Numbered from the stretch's first letter, positions 44,517 to 54,802 are shown. The stretch: 64,000 bases of DNA from Longimicrobiales bacterium (GCA_035513295.1 DATKCH010000001.1:1-64000); one strand, 5' to 3'. Translations and numbers: made by a program. The notes: a model not told the origin generated them from the letters alone.

Positions 44517-45409
44517 CCGGCGACCGTGACCAGGGCGAAACCGGCGAGCATGATCGCCGCCCCCAGCGCGCGCCTGCGGGTGCCCGATTCGCGGAAATAC
44601 ACGCCTCCCGCCAGCACCGCGAAGAACACGCTGGTGCGCTTCACGGCTATGACGTAGGCGGCCGCGGTCATGGTGATCGCGGTCATCTGCGCGGCCAGGG
44701 CCACCGCGGTTACGACCGCCGCGCCCGCCAGGTCGCCGCGTGGCAGCGCGACCGCTCCGGCCGCGGGGCCCGCCGCGTCGTCGCGCGCGCGCCGTCGGGC
44801 GCGCAGGAGCGCCGCGGGAGCGACAGCCGCCGCGACGAATACGTTGAGCGCGGCCGCCCAAGTGAACGCCCCCGAAGCGCGCACCCCCACCTTGTCCACG
44901 ACGGCCGACACGCTGAAGATCACCGCAACGATCAGCATTTCGCGCGCTCCGCGGTCCGACAGCAGCGCACGGTACGGTGCGAAGACGCCGACGCCCTCGG
45001 GCTCCGAGAGCAGGTACGCGCCCGCGACGATCACGACCACGCCGGCGATCCCCATGGGCGACGCGTACTCTCCGATCAGGAGCGGCGCGGTGGCCAGCAT
45101 GAAGAGCGGCGTGAGGCTCTTGAGGGGCGCTACCAGGGACAGGTCCGAACGGTGCACGGCGCGCGCGATGAGCAGGGCCGCCGCGGCGTTGATCACCCCC
45201 GACACGAGCAGGGCGCTCCAGAAGCCCGGCGCCGGAGCCTCCCCCGCACGGAGCGCGAGCGGCAGGAGCAGCGCCCCGGCGCCGGCCGCCGCCCAGAACA
45301 CGACCACGTACTCGTCGGCGGCCCGCCGCGCACGCTTGACCAGGATTTCCCGGGCCGCCGTGCCCAGAGCCGCGACCAGAGCGAAGATCAGCCACACGGC
45401 GCCCAACAT
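44513..45409 (-). CDS. EamA-like (DMT superfamily) transporter
   Basis: Ten TM helices in a duplicated EamA pattern. Start is MLGAVWLIFALVAAL. Confidence 0.6.
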   Translation of the reverse strand: MLGAVWLIFALVAALGTAAREILVKRARRAADEYVVVFWAAAGAGALLLPLALRAGEAPAPGFWSALLVSGVINAAAALLIARAVHRSDLSLVAPLKSLTPLFMLATAPLLIGEYASPMGIAGVVVIVAGAYLLSEPEGVGVFAPYRALLSDRGAREMLIVAVIFSVSAVVDKVGVRASGAFTWAAALNVFVAAAVAPAALLRARRRARDDAAGPAAGAVALPRGDLAGAAVVTAVALAAQMTAITMTAAAYVIAVKRTSVFFAVLAGGVYFRESGTRRRALGAAIMLAGFALVTVAG

Positions 45410-45497
45410 GGGCGGCGAGGGCCGGGCGCGGTAGCAGCGGGTCGTATCGCCGGGTAGGTTACGCGCCCTGCAACCACGTACGCTCTCCGGGACGACC

Positions 45498-46490
45498 ATG
45501 GACGAACAGCACACCGACGGGGGCCCAGTCAGCCGGTTCCTGCGCCACCACTTCCGGCACTTCAACGCCGCCGCCCTGGTGGACGCCGCCTCCGGCTATC
45601 GCGCGCATCTGGACGGCGGCGGGCGGATGCTCGTTACGCTGGCGGGCGCGATGAGCACGGCCGAGCTCGGCCTGTCGCTCGCCGAGATGATCCGGCGCGG
45701 AAAGGTGCACGCGATCTCCTGCACCGGGGCCAACCTCGAGGAGGACGTCTTCAACCTAGTCGCGCACGACCACTACGAGCGCGTGCCCCACTACCGCGAC
45801 CTGACCCCCGCGGATGAGAAGGCGCTGCTCGATCGGCACCTGAACCGCGTCACCGATACCTGCATTCCCGAGGAGGAGGCGATGCGCCGGCTCGAGCGGG
45901 CGGTGCTGCGCGTGTGGGCGGACGCGGAGGAGACGGGCGACCGCCTGTTTCCGCACGAGGCGCTCTACCGGCTCATCGCCTCCGGCGCGCTCGAGGAGCA
46001 CTACCAGATCGATCCCGTCGACAGCTGGATCGTGGCCGCCGCGGAACGCGACCTGCCGATGTTCGTGCCCGGCTGGGAGGACTCCACGCTGGGCAACATC
46101 TACTCGGCGCACCTGATCGGCGGCACCCTGGGGGATCCGCACACGATGCGCGGCGGGATCGAGTACATGCTGCGGCTCGCCGAGTGGTACACGGACACGT
46201 CGGCCGAGTCCTCGATCGGGTTCTTCCAGATCGGCGGAGGCATCGCGGGCGACTTCCCGATCTGCGTCGTGCCGATGCTCCACCAGGATCTGCGCAGGAG
46301 GGACGTCCCGTTGTGGGGCTACTTCTGCCAGATCTCCGAGGCGACCATGAGCTACGGCGGCTACTCCGGGGCCGTGCCGAACGAGAAGATCACGTGGGGG
46401 AAGCTCGGCGTGGACACGCCCAAGCACATCATCGAATCCGACGCGTCCATCGTCGCTCCCCTCATCTTCGCGCTGGTCCTCGACTGGTGA
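45498..46490 (+). CDS. Deoxyhypusine synthase-like family protein
   Basis: Has a DHS/homospermidine-synthase-like fold (MLVTLAGAMSTAELGLSLAEMIRRGKVHAISCTGANLEEDVF ... FFQIGGGIAGDF). The canonical GGGVxKH lysine is not obvious. Confidence 0.55.
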   Translation: MDEQHTDGGPVSRFLRHHFRHFNAAALVDAASGYRAHLDGGGRMLVTLAGAMSTAELGLSLAEMIRRGKVHAISCTGANLEEDVFNLVAHDHYERVPHYRDLTPADEKALLDRHLNRVTDTCIPEEEAMRRLERAVLRVWADAEETGDRLFPHEALYRLIASGALEEHYQIDPVDSWIVAAAERDLPMFVPGWEDSTLGNIYSAHLIGGTLGDPHTMRGGIEYMLRLAEWYTDTSAESSIGFFQIGGGIAGDFPICVVPMLHQDLRRRDVPLWGYFCQISEATMSYGGYSGAVPNEKITWGKLGVDTPKHIIESDASIVAPLIFALVLDW

Positions 46491-46578
46491 GGGGAGGCGC
46501 CGAAGGAGGGACGCGTCCGCTCCACCCGCGGACTCTCTGCGGGCCGTTTGGCGCGGCGTCCCCTGGGCGAGGCCGCGC

Positions 46579-48471
46579 GTGGTGAGGCTCGCCGGGGGAG
46601 GGGGGTTCGGGAGAGACGGGTTCGGAGGTGGCGGGCGGTACGGCTCCACCGGCCGCCGTTCGGGCGCCGATCCGGACGCGCCGCTCACCCCCAGCCCCGA
46701 CGCTCACGTGTTGCGCGACCTCTGGGCGCTGCTCTCGCCCTACCGCTGGAAGGTCTTCGGGCTGTCCGCCCTGATCAGCTTCTCCGCCGCGCTCGGGACG
46801 CTCGCACCCCAGTTCATACGCTACGGCTTCGATACCGTCATCCCAAGTGGCGCGGCGCGGCAGTTCGCGCTGCTCGCCGTCGCCTTCGCGCTGTACTACC
46901 TCGTGCGCGCGCTGGTCGGATACGCCGGCATGTACTTCAGCTTCGCGTTCACGCAGCGCATCATCAGCGACATCCGGATGCGCGCGTACCGGCGCCTGCT
47001 GGCGATGCCGATCGTGCGCTTCACCGAGGAGCGGTCCGGCGTCCTCACGTCGCGCGTCGTGTCGGACGTGAACGCGCTGGAGGGGATGATCCAGGCCGGA
47101 GCGACCCGGCTGGCGGGTCAGCTCGTGAGCATACTGGTGGTCGACGTCCTCCTGGTGGCGATGAACTGGCGCCTGGCGCTGGTGAACCTCGTGGTGGCGC
47201 CGGCGCTCGCCTACATCACGCGCCACTACCAGGCGCCGTTGCGGGAGGCCGCGCGCGGGGTCCGCCGCCGGGTCGGCGAGATGACCGCGGTGGCGACCGA
47301 AGCGATCGCCAACATCCAGGTCGTGAAGGGCTTCGCCAACGAACCCCTGGAAGCGGGCAGGTTCGACGAGGAGAACGAGACCTACGTCGCCCTCAACCTC
47401 TCACGCCGGCGCGAGGTCGGCATGATGGAGGCGCTCATCACGCTCACCGCCGAGTACGGCATGGGCGCCGTCCTGCTGTTCGGCGGCTGGCTCGTCGTGG
47501 CGGGGTCGCTCACGATCGGCGAGCTGACCGCCTTCCTCCTGTACCAGCGCATGCTGCAGGGACCCGTCATGTCCGTCATGCTCTTCAACAATCAGTTGCA
47601 GGCGGGCATGGCGGCGCTGGAGCGCGTGTCCGCGCTGCTGGACGCGAAACCGGAGAGCGAGGGCGACATCGCCGCCGTGGAGGGTGGGGACCTGGAGTTC
47701 GAGGACGTGGAGTTCCGCTACCCGGGCACGGACGCCGCCGCCTTGCGAAGCGTCTCCTTCACCGTGCCCGAGGGTGGGACGGTGGCCTTCGTGGGCCCGT
47801 CCGGCTCGGGCAAGACCACCCTGACCCGCCTCATCTCCCGTCTGTACGATCCCGACGAGGGCGAGATCCGCCTGGGCGGCAGGGACGTCCGTGACTACCG
47901 CCTGGACGCGCTTCGCAACGCCGTGGCGATCGTCCCCCAGGAGCCGACGCTGTTTTCGGGCAGCGTGCGCGACAACGTGCGCTATGCGCGCCCCGACGCC
48001 AGCGACGCGGACGTCGAGGCCGCGGCTGAGCTGGCCAACTCCACCGGCTTCATCGCCGACCTGCCCGACGGCTGGGACACGCCGATAGGCGAGCGCGGAG
48101 TCAAGCTCTCCGGAGGCCAGAAGCAGCGCGTCGCGATCGCCCGGGCGATCCTCCGGCACGCGCGCCTGCTCATCCTCGACGAGGCCACCGCGAGCCTGGA
48201 CAGCGAGTCCGAGGCGCTGATCCAGGACGCGCTGGAAGGGCTGTTCGCGCGCCGAACGGGGGTCACGACGCTCGTCATAGCTCACCGGCTGTCGACCATC
48301 CGGGGGGCCGATCGGATCTACGTCCTGGACGCGGGCCGGGTGGTCGAGGAGGGGTCGCACGACGACCTCATCGCCGTCCGCGGCCTGTACGCGCGCCTGC
48401 ACGATCTGCAGCACGCTCCGGTGCCCGGCGCGCCACCGGCGACCCGGCTCGTGGACGGCGTGTCACAGTAG
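46579..48471 (+). CDS. ABC transporter permease/ATP-binding protein (MsbA-like exporter, second copy)
   Basis: Has six TM helices plus Walker A (GPSGSGKTT), LSGGQKQR and Walker B. The first ~43 aa are a Gly/Arg low-complexity stretch, so the true start may be GTG at about 46708 (VLRDLWALL). Confidence 0.8.
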   Translation: MVRLAGGGGFGRDGFGGGGRYGSTGRRSGADPDAPLTPSPDAHVLRDLWALLSPYRWKVFGLSALISFSAALGTLAPQFIRYGFDTVIPSGAARQFALLAVAFALYYLVRALVGYAGMYFSFAFTQRIISDIRMRAYRRLLAMPIVRFTEERSGVLTSRVVSDVNALEGMIQAGATRLAGQLVSILVVDVLLVAMNWRLALVNLVVAPALAYITRHYQAPLREAARGVRRRVGEMTAVATEAIANIQVVKGFANEPLEAGRFDEENETYVALNLSRRREVGMMEALITLTAEYGMGAVLLFGGWLVVAGSLTIGELTAFLLYQRMLQGPVMSVMLFNNQLQAGMAALERVSALLDAKPESEGDIAAVEGGDLEFEDVEFRYPGTDAAALRSVSFTVPEGGTVAFVGPSGSGKTTLTRLISRLYDPDEGEIRLGGRDVRDYRLDALRNAVAIVPQEPTLFSGSVRDNVRYARPDASDADVEAAAELANSTGFIADLPDGWDTPIGERGVKLSGGQKQRVAIARAILRHARLLILDEATASLDSESEALIQDALEGLFARRTGVTTLVIAHRLSTIRGADRIYVLDAGRVVEEGSHDDLIAVRGLYARLHDLQHAPVPGAPPATRLVDGVSQ

Positions 48472-48500
48472 GGGAGCCCTCCCGGGTCAGCGCCCCTGGC

Positions 48501-50381
48501 TCAGCCCAGGCGTCCGGTCAGGTAGGTGTACCCGGCCAGTCCGGCGATGTAGTCGGCGATGAACCCGTTCGCCTCGTTCTTCTCGAGATCGGCGTTCTTG
48601 ACCTTGCGGCGGAACGTGGCGACGAGCTCAGAGGAGTCGAACGCGACGTAGCGCAGCACCTCGGTCATCGTGTCTCCGCGCACCACGTCCTCCACCTCGT
48701 AGTCGTCGCCCACCACGCGCACGTGCACGGAATCGGTGTCTCCGAACAGGTTGTGAAGGTCGCCCAGGATCTCCTGATACGCCCCGGCCAGGAAGATCCC
48801 CAGCACGTACGGCGCGTCCGTCGTGTCGTGGAGCGGCAGCCCGTCCCCGCTCTCACCGATGAACGCATCGATCTTGCCGTCGCTGTCGCACGTCACGTCC
48901 TGGAGCGTGCCGCGCCGCGTCGGCTCCTCATCGAGGCGATGGATCGGCACGATCGGAAAGAGCTGGTCGATGGCCCAGGAGTCCGGCAGCGACTGGAACA
49001 GCGAGAAATTGCAGAAGTAGCGGTCGGTCAGGATCGCCTCGAGCCGCGGCAGGATGTCCTCGTAGTCGTCCGGGCTGCGGCGCGCGCGCGCCGCCAGGGC
49101 CTGGACCGCCACGCGGAAATGCCGTTCGGCGAGCGCGCGCAGCTCCAGGGATATCACGCCCGCGCTGAAAAGCGACTGCAGCTGCTCCTTGGCGAACAGC
49201 GCGTCGTGATAGACCTCTCGGACGCCGCGCCTGTCGATTTCGCCGGCCGCCTCCGCGAGGTCGAACACCTGGCGCGGCGCGTCCTCGGGCGGAGGCGCCG
49301 GGCTCTCGGCGGAGTAGCTCTCCCGGTCGATCACGTTGACGAGCAGCAGCGCGTGGTGCGCCGTGAGCGCCCGGCCAGACTCGGAGATGAGGTCGGGCAT
49401 GGGCACCTCCTCCGCGCGGCACGTCTCCGCGAGCACGTACACGACGTCGTTGGCGTACTCCTGGAGGGAGTAGTTGACGCTGGCCGGCGCCGTCGACCGT
49501 GAGCCGTCGTAATCCACGCCCAGGCCGCCGCCCACATCCACGATGTCGATGGGAATGCCGAGCCGGCGCAGCTCCACGTAGAAGCGTGCCACCTCGCCCA
49601 TCGCCTGCTTGATGTTGCGGATGTCGGGGATCTGGGACCCGAGGTGGAAGTGGATCATGCGCAGGGCCTCCACGCAGCCCGCGTCGCGGAAGCGCGCCAC
49701 CACCTGCATGAGTTCGGGGGAGCCGAGGCCGAACTTGCTTCGGTCGCCGGCGGACAGGGACCAACGGCCGGCACCCTCGGTGGCGAGCTTGATGCGGACG
49801 CCGGCGGTCGGCTCCACGCCCATCTCGTCGGCCACGGCCAGAAGCGTATCGGCCTCCTTGACCTTCTCGAGGACGACCAGGACCTGGTGGCCCAGGCGCT
49901 GCCCCATCAGGGCGAGTCGGATGTACTCCTCGTCCTTGTAGCCGTTGCAGACGATCAGGTGACCGGTGCGCTCGGTCAGCGCCAGCACGGCGAGGAGCTC
50001 CGGCTTGCTCCCCACTTCCAGACCGACGCCGTGCGCGTCGCCCGCGGCGACGATTTCCTGGACCACGCGCCGCTGCTGATTGACCTTGACAGGGTAAACG
50101 GGCGTATAGCCGCCCTCGTAGCCGAAGTCGTTCCTGGCGGTCTCGAATCGGTCCGTGAGCGCGGCGATCCGCTCTTTCAGGATATCGGGGAAGCGCAGCA
50201 GCAGAGGGAGCCGCACGCCCTGCCCCGACAGGTCGGTCGCGAGCTCGAAGAGGTCGATGGCGACGGCCGGGTCCCTCGTGGGATGCACGATCACGTGCCC
50301 GGCCTCGTTCACCCCGAAAAAACCCGCGCCCCACCCTTCCACGTTGTAAAGCTCGAGCGCGTCGCGCGTGGTCCAGGACAT
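48501..50381 (-). CDS. speA: Biosynthetic arginine decarboxylase
   Basis: Start is MSWTTRDALELYNVEGWGAGFF. There is a PLP-binding region (VYPVKVNQQRRVV) and an ADC-specific C-terminal domain. Only the C-terminal 627 aa of the 1051-aa ORF in the track are real. Confidence 0.85.
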   Translation of the reverse strand: MSWTTRDALELYNVEGWGAGFFGVNEAGHVIVHPTRDPAVAIDLFELATDLSGQGVRLPLLLRFPDILKERIAALTDRFETARNDFGYEGGYTPVYPVKVNQQRRVVQEIVAAGDAHGVGLEVGSKPELLAVLALTERTGHLIVCNGYKDEEYIRLALMGQRLGHQVLVVLEKVKEADTLLAVADEMGVEPTAGVRIKLATEGAGRWSLSAGDRSKFGLGSPELMQVVARFRDAGCVEALRMIHFHLGSQIPDIRNIKQAMGEVARFYVELRRLGIPIDIVDVGGGLGVDYDGSRSTAPASVNYSLQEYANDVVYVLAETCRAEEVPMPDLISESGRALTAHHALLLVNVIDRESYSAESPAPPPEDAPRQVFDLAEAAGEIDRRGVREVYHDALFAKEQLQSLFSAGVISLELRALAERHFRVAVQALAARARRSPDDYEDILPRLEAILTDRYFCNFSLFQSLPDSWAIDQLFPIVPIHRLDEEPTRRGTLQDVTCDSDGKIDAFIGESGDGLPLHDTTDAPYVLGIFLAGAYQEILGDLHNLFGDTDSVHVRVVGDDYEVEDVVRGDTMTEVLRYVAFDSSELVATFRRKVKNADLEKNEANGFIADYIAGLAGYTYLTGRLG

Positions 50382-50528
50382 GTCGTCTCGTGGCTGCTGT
50401 ATCCGGGCCCCGCGGGGCGTCGGCAAGGCCGCGTAAGCTGCTGCCGCGCGCCCGAACGGGAAAGGGGGCCCGCCGAGCCGATCCGGCGTCCGGGCGCGGG
50501 GACCGTCGACCGATCGTATTTTGCGCGC

Positions 50529-50969
50529 GTGGAACCTACGTCCGATGGTGTCGAACTGGGTCCGGGCGCGCGCGTGAGCCCCTCGGAGCTCTCCTTCCGC
50601 GCGACCAGATCCGGCGGGCCCGGAGGGCAGCATGTCAACACCTCCGCCACGCGCGTCGAGTTGACCTGGGACATCGCCTCGTCGCCGTCGCTGGAGGACG
50701 AGGTGCGCGCCCGGCTCCTCGACCGTCTCGCCAGCCGCCTGCACGGGGACGGCGTCCTGCGCGTCGTGGCCTCGCGGAGCCGGAGCCAACATCGCAATCG
50801 GGAGGCCGCGCTGGACAGGCTCCGCGCGCTGGTGGCGGAGGCGCTGGAGGAGAGGAAGAAGCGCCGCCGGACGCGGCCGTCCAAGGCCGCCGCGGAGCGG
50901 AGGATCGCGGCCAAGAAGCGCCGCGCGGAGCGCAAGCGCCAGCGCCGTCCGCCCGTGACCGACGACTGA
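50529..50969 (+). CDS. arfB: Alternative ribosome-rescue factor / peptidyl-tRNA hydrolase ArfB (GGQ domain plus basic tail)
   Basis: Has the GGQ motif (RSGGPGGQHVNTSATRVEL) and a Lys/Arg-rich C-terminal tail (KKRRRTRPSKAAAERRIAAKKRRAERKRQRR). GTG start is at about 50529 or 50574. Confidence 0.7.
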   Translation: MEPTSDGVELGPGARVSPSELSFRATRSGGPGGQHVNTSATRVELTWDIASSPSLEDEVRARLLDRLASRLHGDGVLRVVASRSRSQHRNREAALDRLRALVAEALEERKKRRRTRPSKAAAERRIAAKKRRAERKRQRRPPVTDD

Positions 50970-50979
50970 GGGAACCATC

Positions 50980-52935
50980 ATGAATCGTGCGACGTCCATC
51001 GCCGCCGCCGCGCTTTGTCTGACCTCGTGCCTGGCCTCGTGCCGGACGGGACCGCCGCCGGCGAACGCGCGCAATGCCCCCGCGAGCCGCGCGCTTCCTC
51101 CGCCGCTGCCCGACACCACGGGGGTCGGGACGCACGTCCTGGCGATCCGCCGGGCGCCCGACGCGGGGGTCTGGGTGGGGACGTACGGCCGCGGGATCCT
51201 CACGCTCGACCCATCCGCGCGCGCGTGGCGGACGATCGAGGCCGCCGACGGGCCGCAGGCGATCTCCTGGGACTTCGTCAACGCCTTCGCGTTCCCCACC
51301 GACGGTTCGGTCTGGTACGGCACGGTCGGCAACGGGTTCGGCCGCTCCGAGGACGGCGGGCGCACGTGGTCCAACTGGGGGTTCCGCGACCTCGGGCCCG
51401 AGTGGCAGTACGTGGCGCCCGAGGGCATGGACGCCCACGGCGACACCGTGTACGTGGCGACCGCGGACGGTCTGCGCATGAGCTGGGACGCGGGCGAGAC
51501 GTGGCGGTGCGTGCAGGCGGAGGGGGCCGGCCCAGGAGGCGCGGAGGGGTATGACGACCGCTGTGCCGAGCGCATCCTCGCGCTGCCCACCGAGTACCTG
51601 CTGGCGTTGGACTTCGGATCCGACGGGACGATCTGGCTGGGGCATCTGAAGGGCATCTCCTACTCGCGGGACGGAGGACTGACCTGGCGCACTCCCGAAG
51701 GTCCCCAGGGCCTCGCGGGCGCCCGCGTCAGGGCGATACTGGCCGAGCGCGATGCGGTGTGGGCCGCGACCGAGGACGCGCTGTTCGAGGCGGAACCCGA
51801 TCGCGCCGTCTTCGACGCGATCCCGGACTCCGCCTTCGGGGGGGGCGGCGTCCCGTCGGTACGAGCGATGCTGATGGACCGCACCGTGGGCGGGCCGCGC
51901 TTTCCGGTCCTGGCGACCCACGGCGGCACCTACGAGCCGCTGCTCGCCGGTGGCGAGCTGGTCCTGCGCCACTACGGTGCCGGCAACGCGTTCGCGCTGC
52001 TGGACTGGCCGGGCGGACAGCCCACCATCGCCGGGACGGACCAGGGCATCACCGCCTCCCTTCGTGATCGGCCGCTCCTGGGGCCCGTGGATCGCGGGCG
52101 CCGATGCGCCTCGTCGGCCCGGAACCGAGGGGCGGTCGCCGGCTGCGGGACGGCCGTGGCGGAGGACCCGGCCGAGCCGCTCCACATCTGGTTCGGGCGG
52201 CCGATCGCGGACGAAGAGGGCAACCCCTATATCGACGCCACGTACCGCTACGGCTCCACCATGGGCGGCAACTTCCAGCAGCATCAGGGCGTGGAGTTCA
52301 ACAACCCGGCCGGGACGCCCGTGCGGGCGATCGGGGCAGGCATCGTCGCGTTTTCCGGGCCCGCGGAAGCGGGCGCCAACACGGTTGCGATCCTGCACGA
52401 CCGGCGCTGGGAGGACCGGCCGGTCTACTCCGTCTACTATCACAACACGAGCCTCGACGTCGCCGTCGGCGAGAAGGTACGACGCGGGCAGGTCATCGCG
52501 CGCGTCGGCAACACGGGCCGCGCGACGAACGACCACCTCCACCTCGAGGTGCACGTGACCGAGGTCGAGGACTCGGCCCTGGTGGTGAACCCGGAGGAGC
52601 GCTTTCCCCCCCATACCGTGAACCCCCAGCTCTGGATCGAGCCGCTTTCCGGCACGGGGGTCATCGCCGGCCGCGTGCTCGGCGTCGATGGCGAGCCCGC
52701 TCGCGGGGTGCGCATATACGGCGTGTCCGCTCCGTATCCGGAGGAAACGCCCCTTTCCTTCGTGGAGACCTACGAGGATCGCGCGCACCCGGACCCCGCT
52801 TACGGGGAGCACTTCGCGATCGGCGACGTCCCTGAGGGCAGCTATCGGCTGTACGCCCGGGCGGGCGGACGCGAGGTAGCCGGGGTCGTGGATGTCGAAC
52901 CGGGTCGCTTGACCTGGGTGGAGCTGCGCTTCTGA
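50980..52935 (+). CDS. Lipoprotein with an N-terminal BNR/sortilin-like beta-propeller and a C-terminal M23 peptidase domain
   Basis: Has a lipobox (LTSCLASC). BNR-like S/TxDGGxTW repeats occur three times (SEDGGRTWS, SWDAGETWR, SRDGGLTWR). The M23 motifs are HQGVEF..., NTGRATNDHLHLEV. A carboxypeptidase-regulatory-like beta-sandwich sits at the extreme C-terminus. Confidence 0.65.
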   Translation: MNRATSIAAAALCLTSCLASCRTGPPPANARNAPASRALPPPLPDTTGVGTHVLAIRRAPDAGVWVGTYGRGILTLDPSARAWRTIEAADGPQAISWDFVNAFAFPTDGSVWYGTVGNGFGRSEDGGRTWSNWGFRDLGPEWQYVAPEGMDAHGDTVYVATADGLRMSWDAGETWRCVQAEGAGPGGAEGYDDRCAERILALPTEYLLALDFGSDGTIWLGHLKGISYSRDGGLTWRTPEGPQGLAGARVRAILAERDAVWAATEDALFEAEPDRAVFDAIPDSAFGGGGVPSVRAMLMDRTVGGPRFPVLATHGGTYEPLLAGGELVLRHYGAGNAFALLDWPGGQPTIAGTDQGITASLRDRPLLGPVDRGRRCASSARNRGAVAGCGTAVAEDPAEPLHIWFGRPIADEEGNPYIDATYRYGSTMGGNFQQHQGVEFNNPAGTPVRAIGAGIVAFSGPAEAGANTVAILHDRRWEDRPVYSVYYHNTSLDVAVGEKVRRGQVIARVGNTGRATNDHLHLEVHVTEVEDSALVVNPEERFPPHTVNPQLWIEPLSGTGVIAGRVLGVDGEPARGVRIYGVSAPYPEETPLSFVETYEDRAHPDPAYGEHFAIGDVPEGSYRLYARAGGREVAGVVDVEPGRLTWVELRF

Positions 52936-53017
52936 GGCCCGCGCGGCGGATCGGAGCCGCCCGCCGCCCGCTGCGCGAAGCTCCGGGCATCCGCGGACCG
53001 GTGGCCGAAGCGCGCGT

Positions 53018-54802
53018 TCAGCCGCCCGCGGGTGGGCTCCCTTCAGCCGCCTCCTGGGGAGCCGTGCGTTCCCCCCGGCCCTCCCAGCCCGGCCCCCGGA
53101 CAACGCGCCCCGGCGTCGCGCCCGTGTGCTCGCCGTCTTGCAGGACGCGCACGCCGTTCACCCAGACGTCGCGCACGCCGACCGCGAGCGCGTGCGGCTC
53201 CTCGAACGTGGCGCGGTCGGCGACCGTCGCCGGATCGAACACCACGATGTCGGCGAAGTAGCCGGGCTCGAGCCGCCCGCGCCGCCGCAGCGACAGGTTG
53301 TCGGCCGGCAGCGAGGTCAGCCTGCGGACGGCCTCCTCGAGCGCGATGACCCCCTCCTCGCGCACGTATCTGCCCAGGAGGCGCGCGAAGTTGCCGTAGG
53401 CGCGCGGGTGGGGGTTCGACTTGAGGAACACGCCTTCCGGCGCGGGCGCGCCGGCGTCCGAGCCGAACGAGACCCAGGGCAGCGCGATCTGCTTGCGCAC
53501 GTTCTCCTCCGACATCAGGAAGTAGATCGTCCCGACGCGACTGTCGTCGGCGACGACCAGGTCCATCGCGGTCTCCTCGGGCGACGCGCCGCGCATCTCC
53601 GCCACCTCGGCGAGGGAGCGGCCCGTGAGCGGCTTCAGGCTGTCCTGCCGGAACCCCACCAGGAGCACACGCTCCGGGGATCCGGCCATCAGCAGGAGGT
53701 TCTCCCAGTCGTCGGCGGGCGTCCGCATCTCACGCGCCACCCGCTCGCGGGTCGCCGGGTCCCGCAGCCTCTCGACCCAGGCCTCGTGGCCTCCCTCCTG
53801 GACCCAGGGTGGCATGGCGGCGTCCAGGCCCGTGGCGCCCGCGACGTACGTGTACATGTTCGCTCGAACCCGCCCGCCGCCCTCCCGGGCCGCCTCGATG
53901 CGGGCGATGACGCTGTCCATCTTCGGCCAGTTCGACTCCCCTGCCGCCTTCAGGTGGTAGATCTCGACCGGCACGCCGGCCCGGCGGCCGATGGCCATCG
54001 TCTCGTCGACCGCCTCGAGGAGCCGCCCGCCCTCGCTGCGCATGTGGGTGATGTAGGATCCGCCGAACTCCCCGGCCGCCGACGCGAGCGCGACCAGCTC
54101 GTCGGTTCCGGCGTAGAAAGCCGGCGCGTAGATCAGCGACGAGCCGACGCCCAGAGCGCCTTCCCGCATGGCGGCTCGCACGAGGTCCTGCATGCGCGCG
54201 AGCTCCTCCGGCGCCGGCGCCCGGTCCTCGTGCCCCAGTTCGTGGATGCGCACGGTCGTGGCCCCGACGAAGCTCGCAACGTTGGGCGACACGCCGCGCG
54301 CCTCCAGGTGCTCGAGGTACTCCCCCAGCGTCGTCCACGGAATGTCGAAGGTGATGTCGCCCTGCTGCTCGAGCTCGCGCGCGCGCATCTCCTTGGTGAG
54401 CGGGCCCATCGACCACCCCTCCCCGAACACCTCCAGCGTGACCCCCTGGTGGATGTCGGCCAGCCCTCGTGGGTCCTCGATGAGAGACTCCGTGGCCCAG
54501 CTCAGCACGTTGATGAAGCCGGGCGCGACCGCCATTCCGGTAGCGTCCACCTCGGCAGCCGCGTCCGCTCCCGACAGCTCGCCCACCGCGGCGATGCTGT
54601 CTCCGGCCAGGCCGACGTCGGCGATCCGGGGCGGGCCGCCCGAGCCGTCGTAGACCGTGCCCCCGCGGATCAGCACGTCGAAGTCGGCCGCCGCGGCGTC
54701 CCGCTCCGAGTCCGCGCAGGCGGCGCTCGCGAGCGCCGCGCACAGGCACAGGGAAAGGGTTCTCTGCGGCGGGAACGGCGTCGATGGGGTCTCGATGTTC
54801 AT
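53018..54802 (-). CDS. N-acyl-D-amino-acid deacylase (D-aminoacylase) family amidohydrolase, lipoprotein
   Basis: Start is MNIETPST, with a lipobox (LSLCLC). The N-terminal region is D-aminoacylase-like (FDVLIRGGTVYDGSGGPPRIADVGLAGDSIAAVGEL ... PGFINVLSW). Confidence 0.7.
   Translation of the reverse strand: MNIETPSTPFPPQRTLSLCLCAALASAACADSERDAAAADFDVLIRGGTVYDGSGGPPRIADVGLAGDSIAAVGELSGADAAAEVDATGMAVAPGFINVLSWATESLIEDPRGLADIHQGVTLEVFGEGWSMGPLTKEMRARELEQQGDITFDIPWTTLGEYLEHLEARGVSPNVASFVGATTVRIHELGHEDRAPAPEELARMQDLVRAAMREGALGVGSSLIYAPAFYAGTDELVALASAAGEFGGSYITHMRSEGGRLLEAVDETMAIGRRAGVPVEIYHLKAAGESNWPKMDSVIARIEAAREGGGRVRANMYTYVAGATGLDAAMPPWVQEGGHEAWVERLRDPATRERVAREMRTPADDWENLLLMAGSPERVLLVGFRQDSLKPLTGRSLAEVAEMRGASPEETAMDLVVADDSRVGTIYFLMSEENVRKQIALPWVSFGSDAGAPAPEGVFLKSNPHPRAYGNFARLLGRYVREEGVIALEEAVRRLTSLPADNLSLRRRGRLEPGYFADIVVFDPATVADRATFEEPHALAVGVRDVWVNGVRVLQDGEHTGATPGRVVRGPGWEGRGERTAPQEAAEGSPPAGG

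Noticed and set aside
46548-47894. 448-aa plus-strand ORF in an alternate frame overlapping the ABC exporter
   Set aside because: The ABC exporter frame (46579-48471) contains Walker A/B and the signature motifs. The alternate frame is Arg/Gly-rich junk.
50382-51656. Extension of the speA ORF to 1051 aa
   Set aside because: The arginine decarboxylase begins at MSWTTRD (50381). The upstream 424 codons are low-complexity run-through. They overlap arfB and the M23-BNR lipoprotein gene on the other strand.
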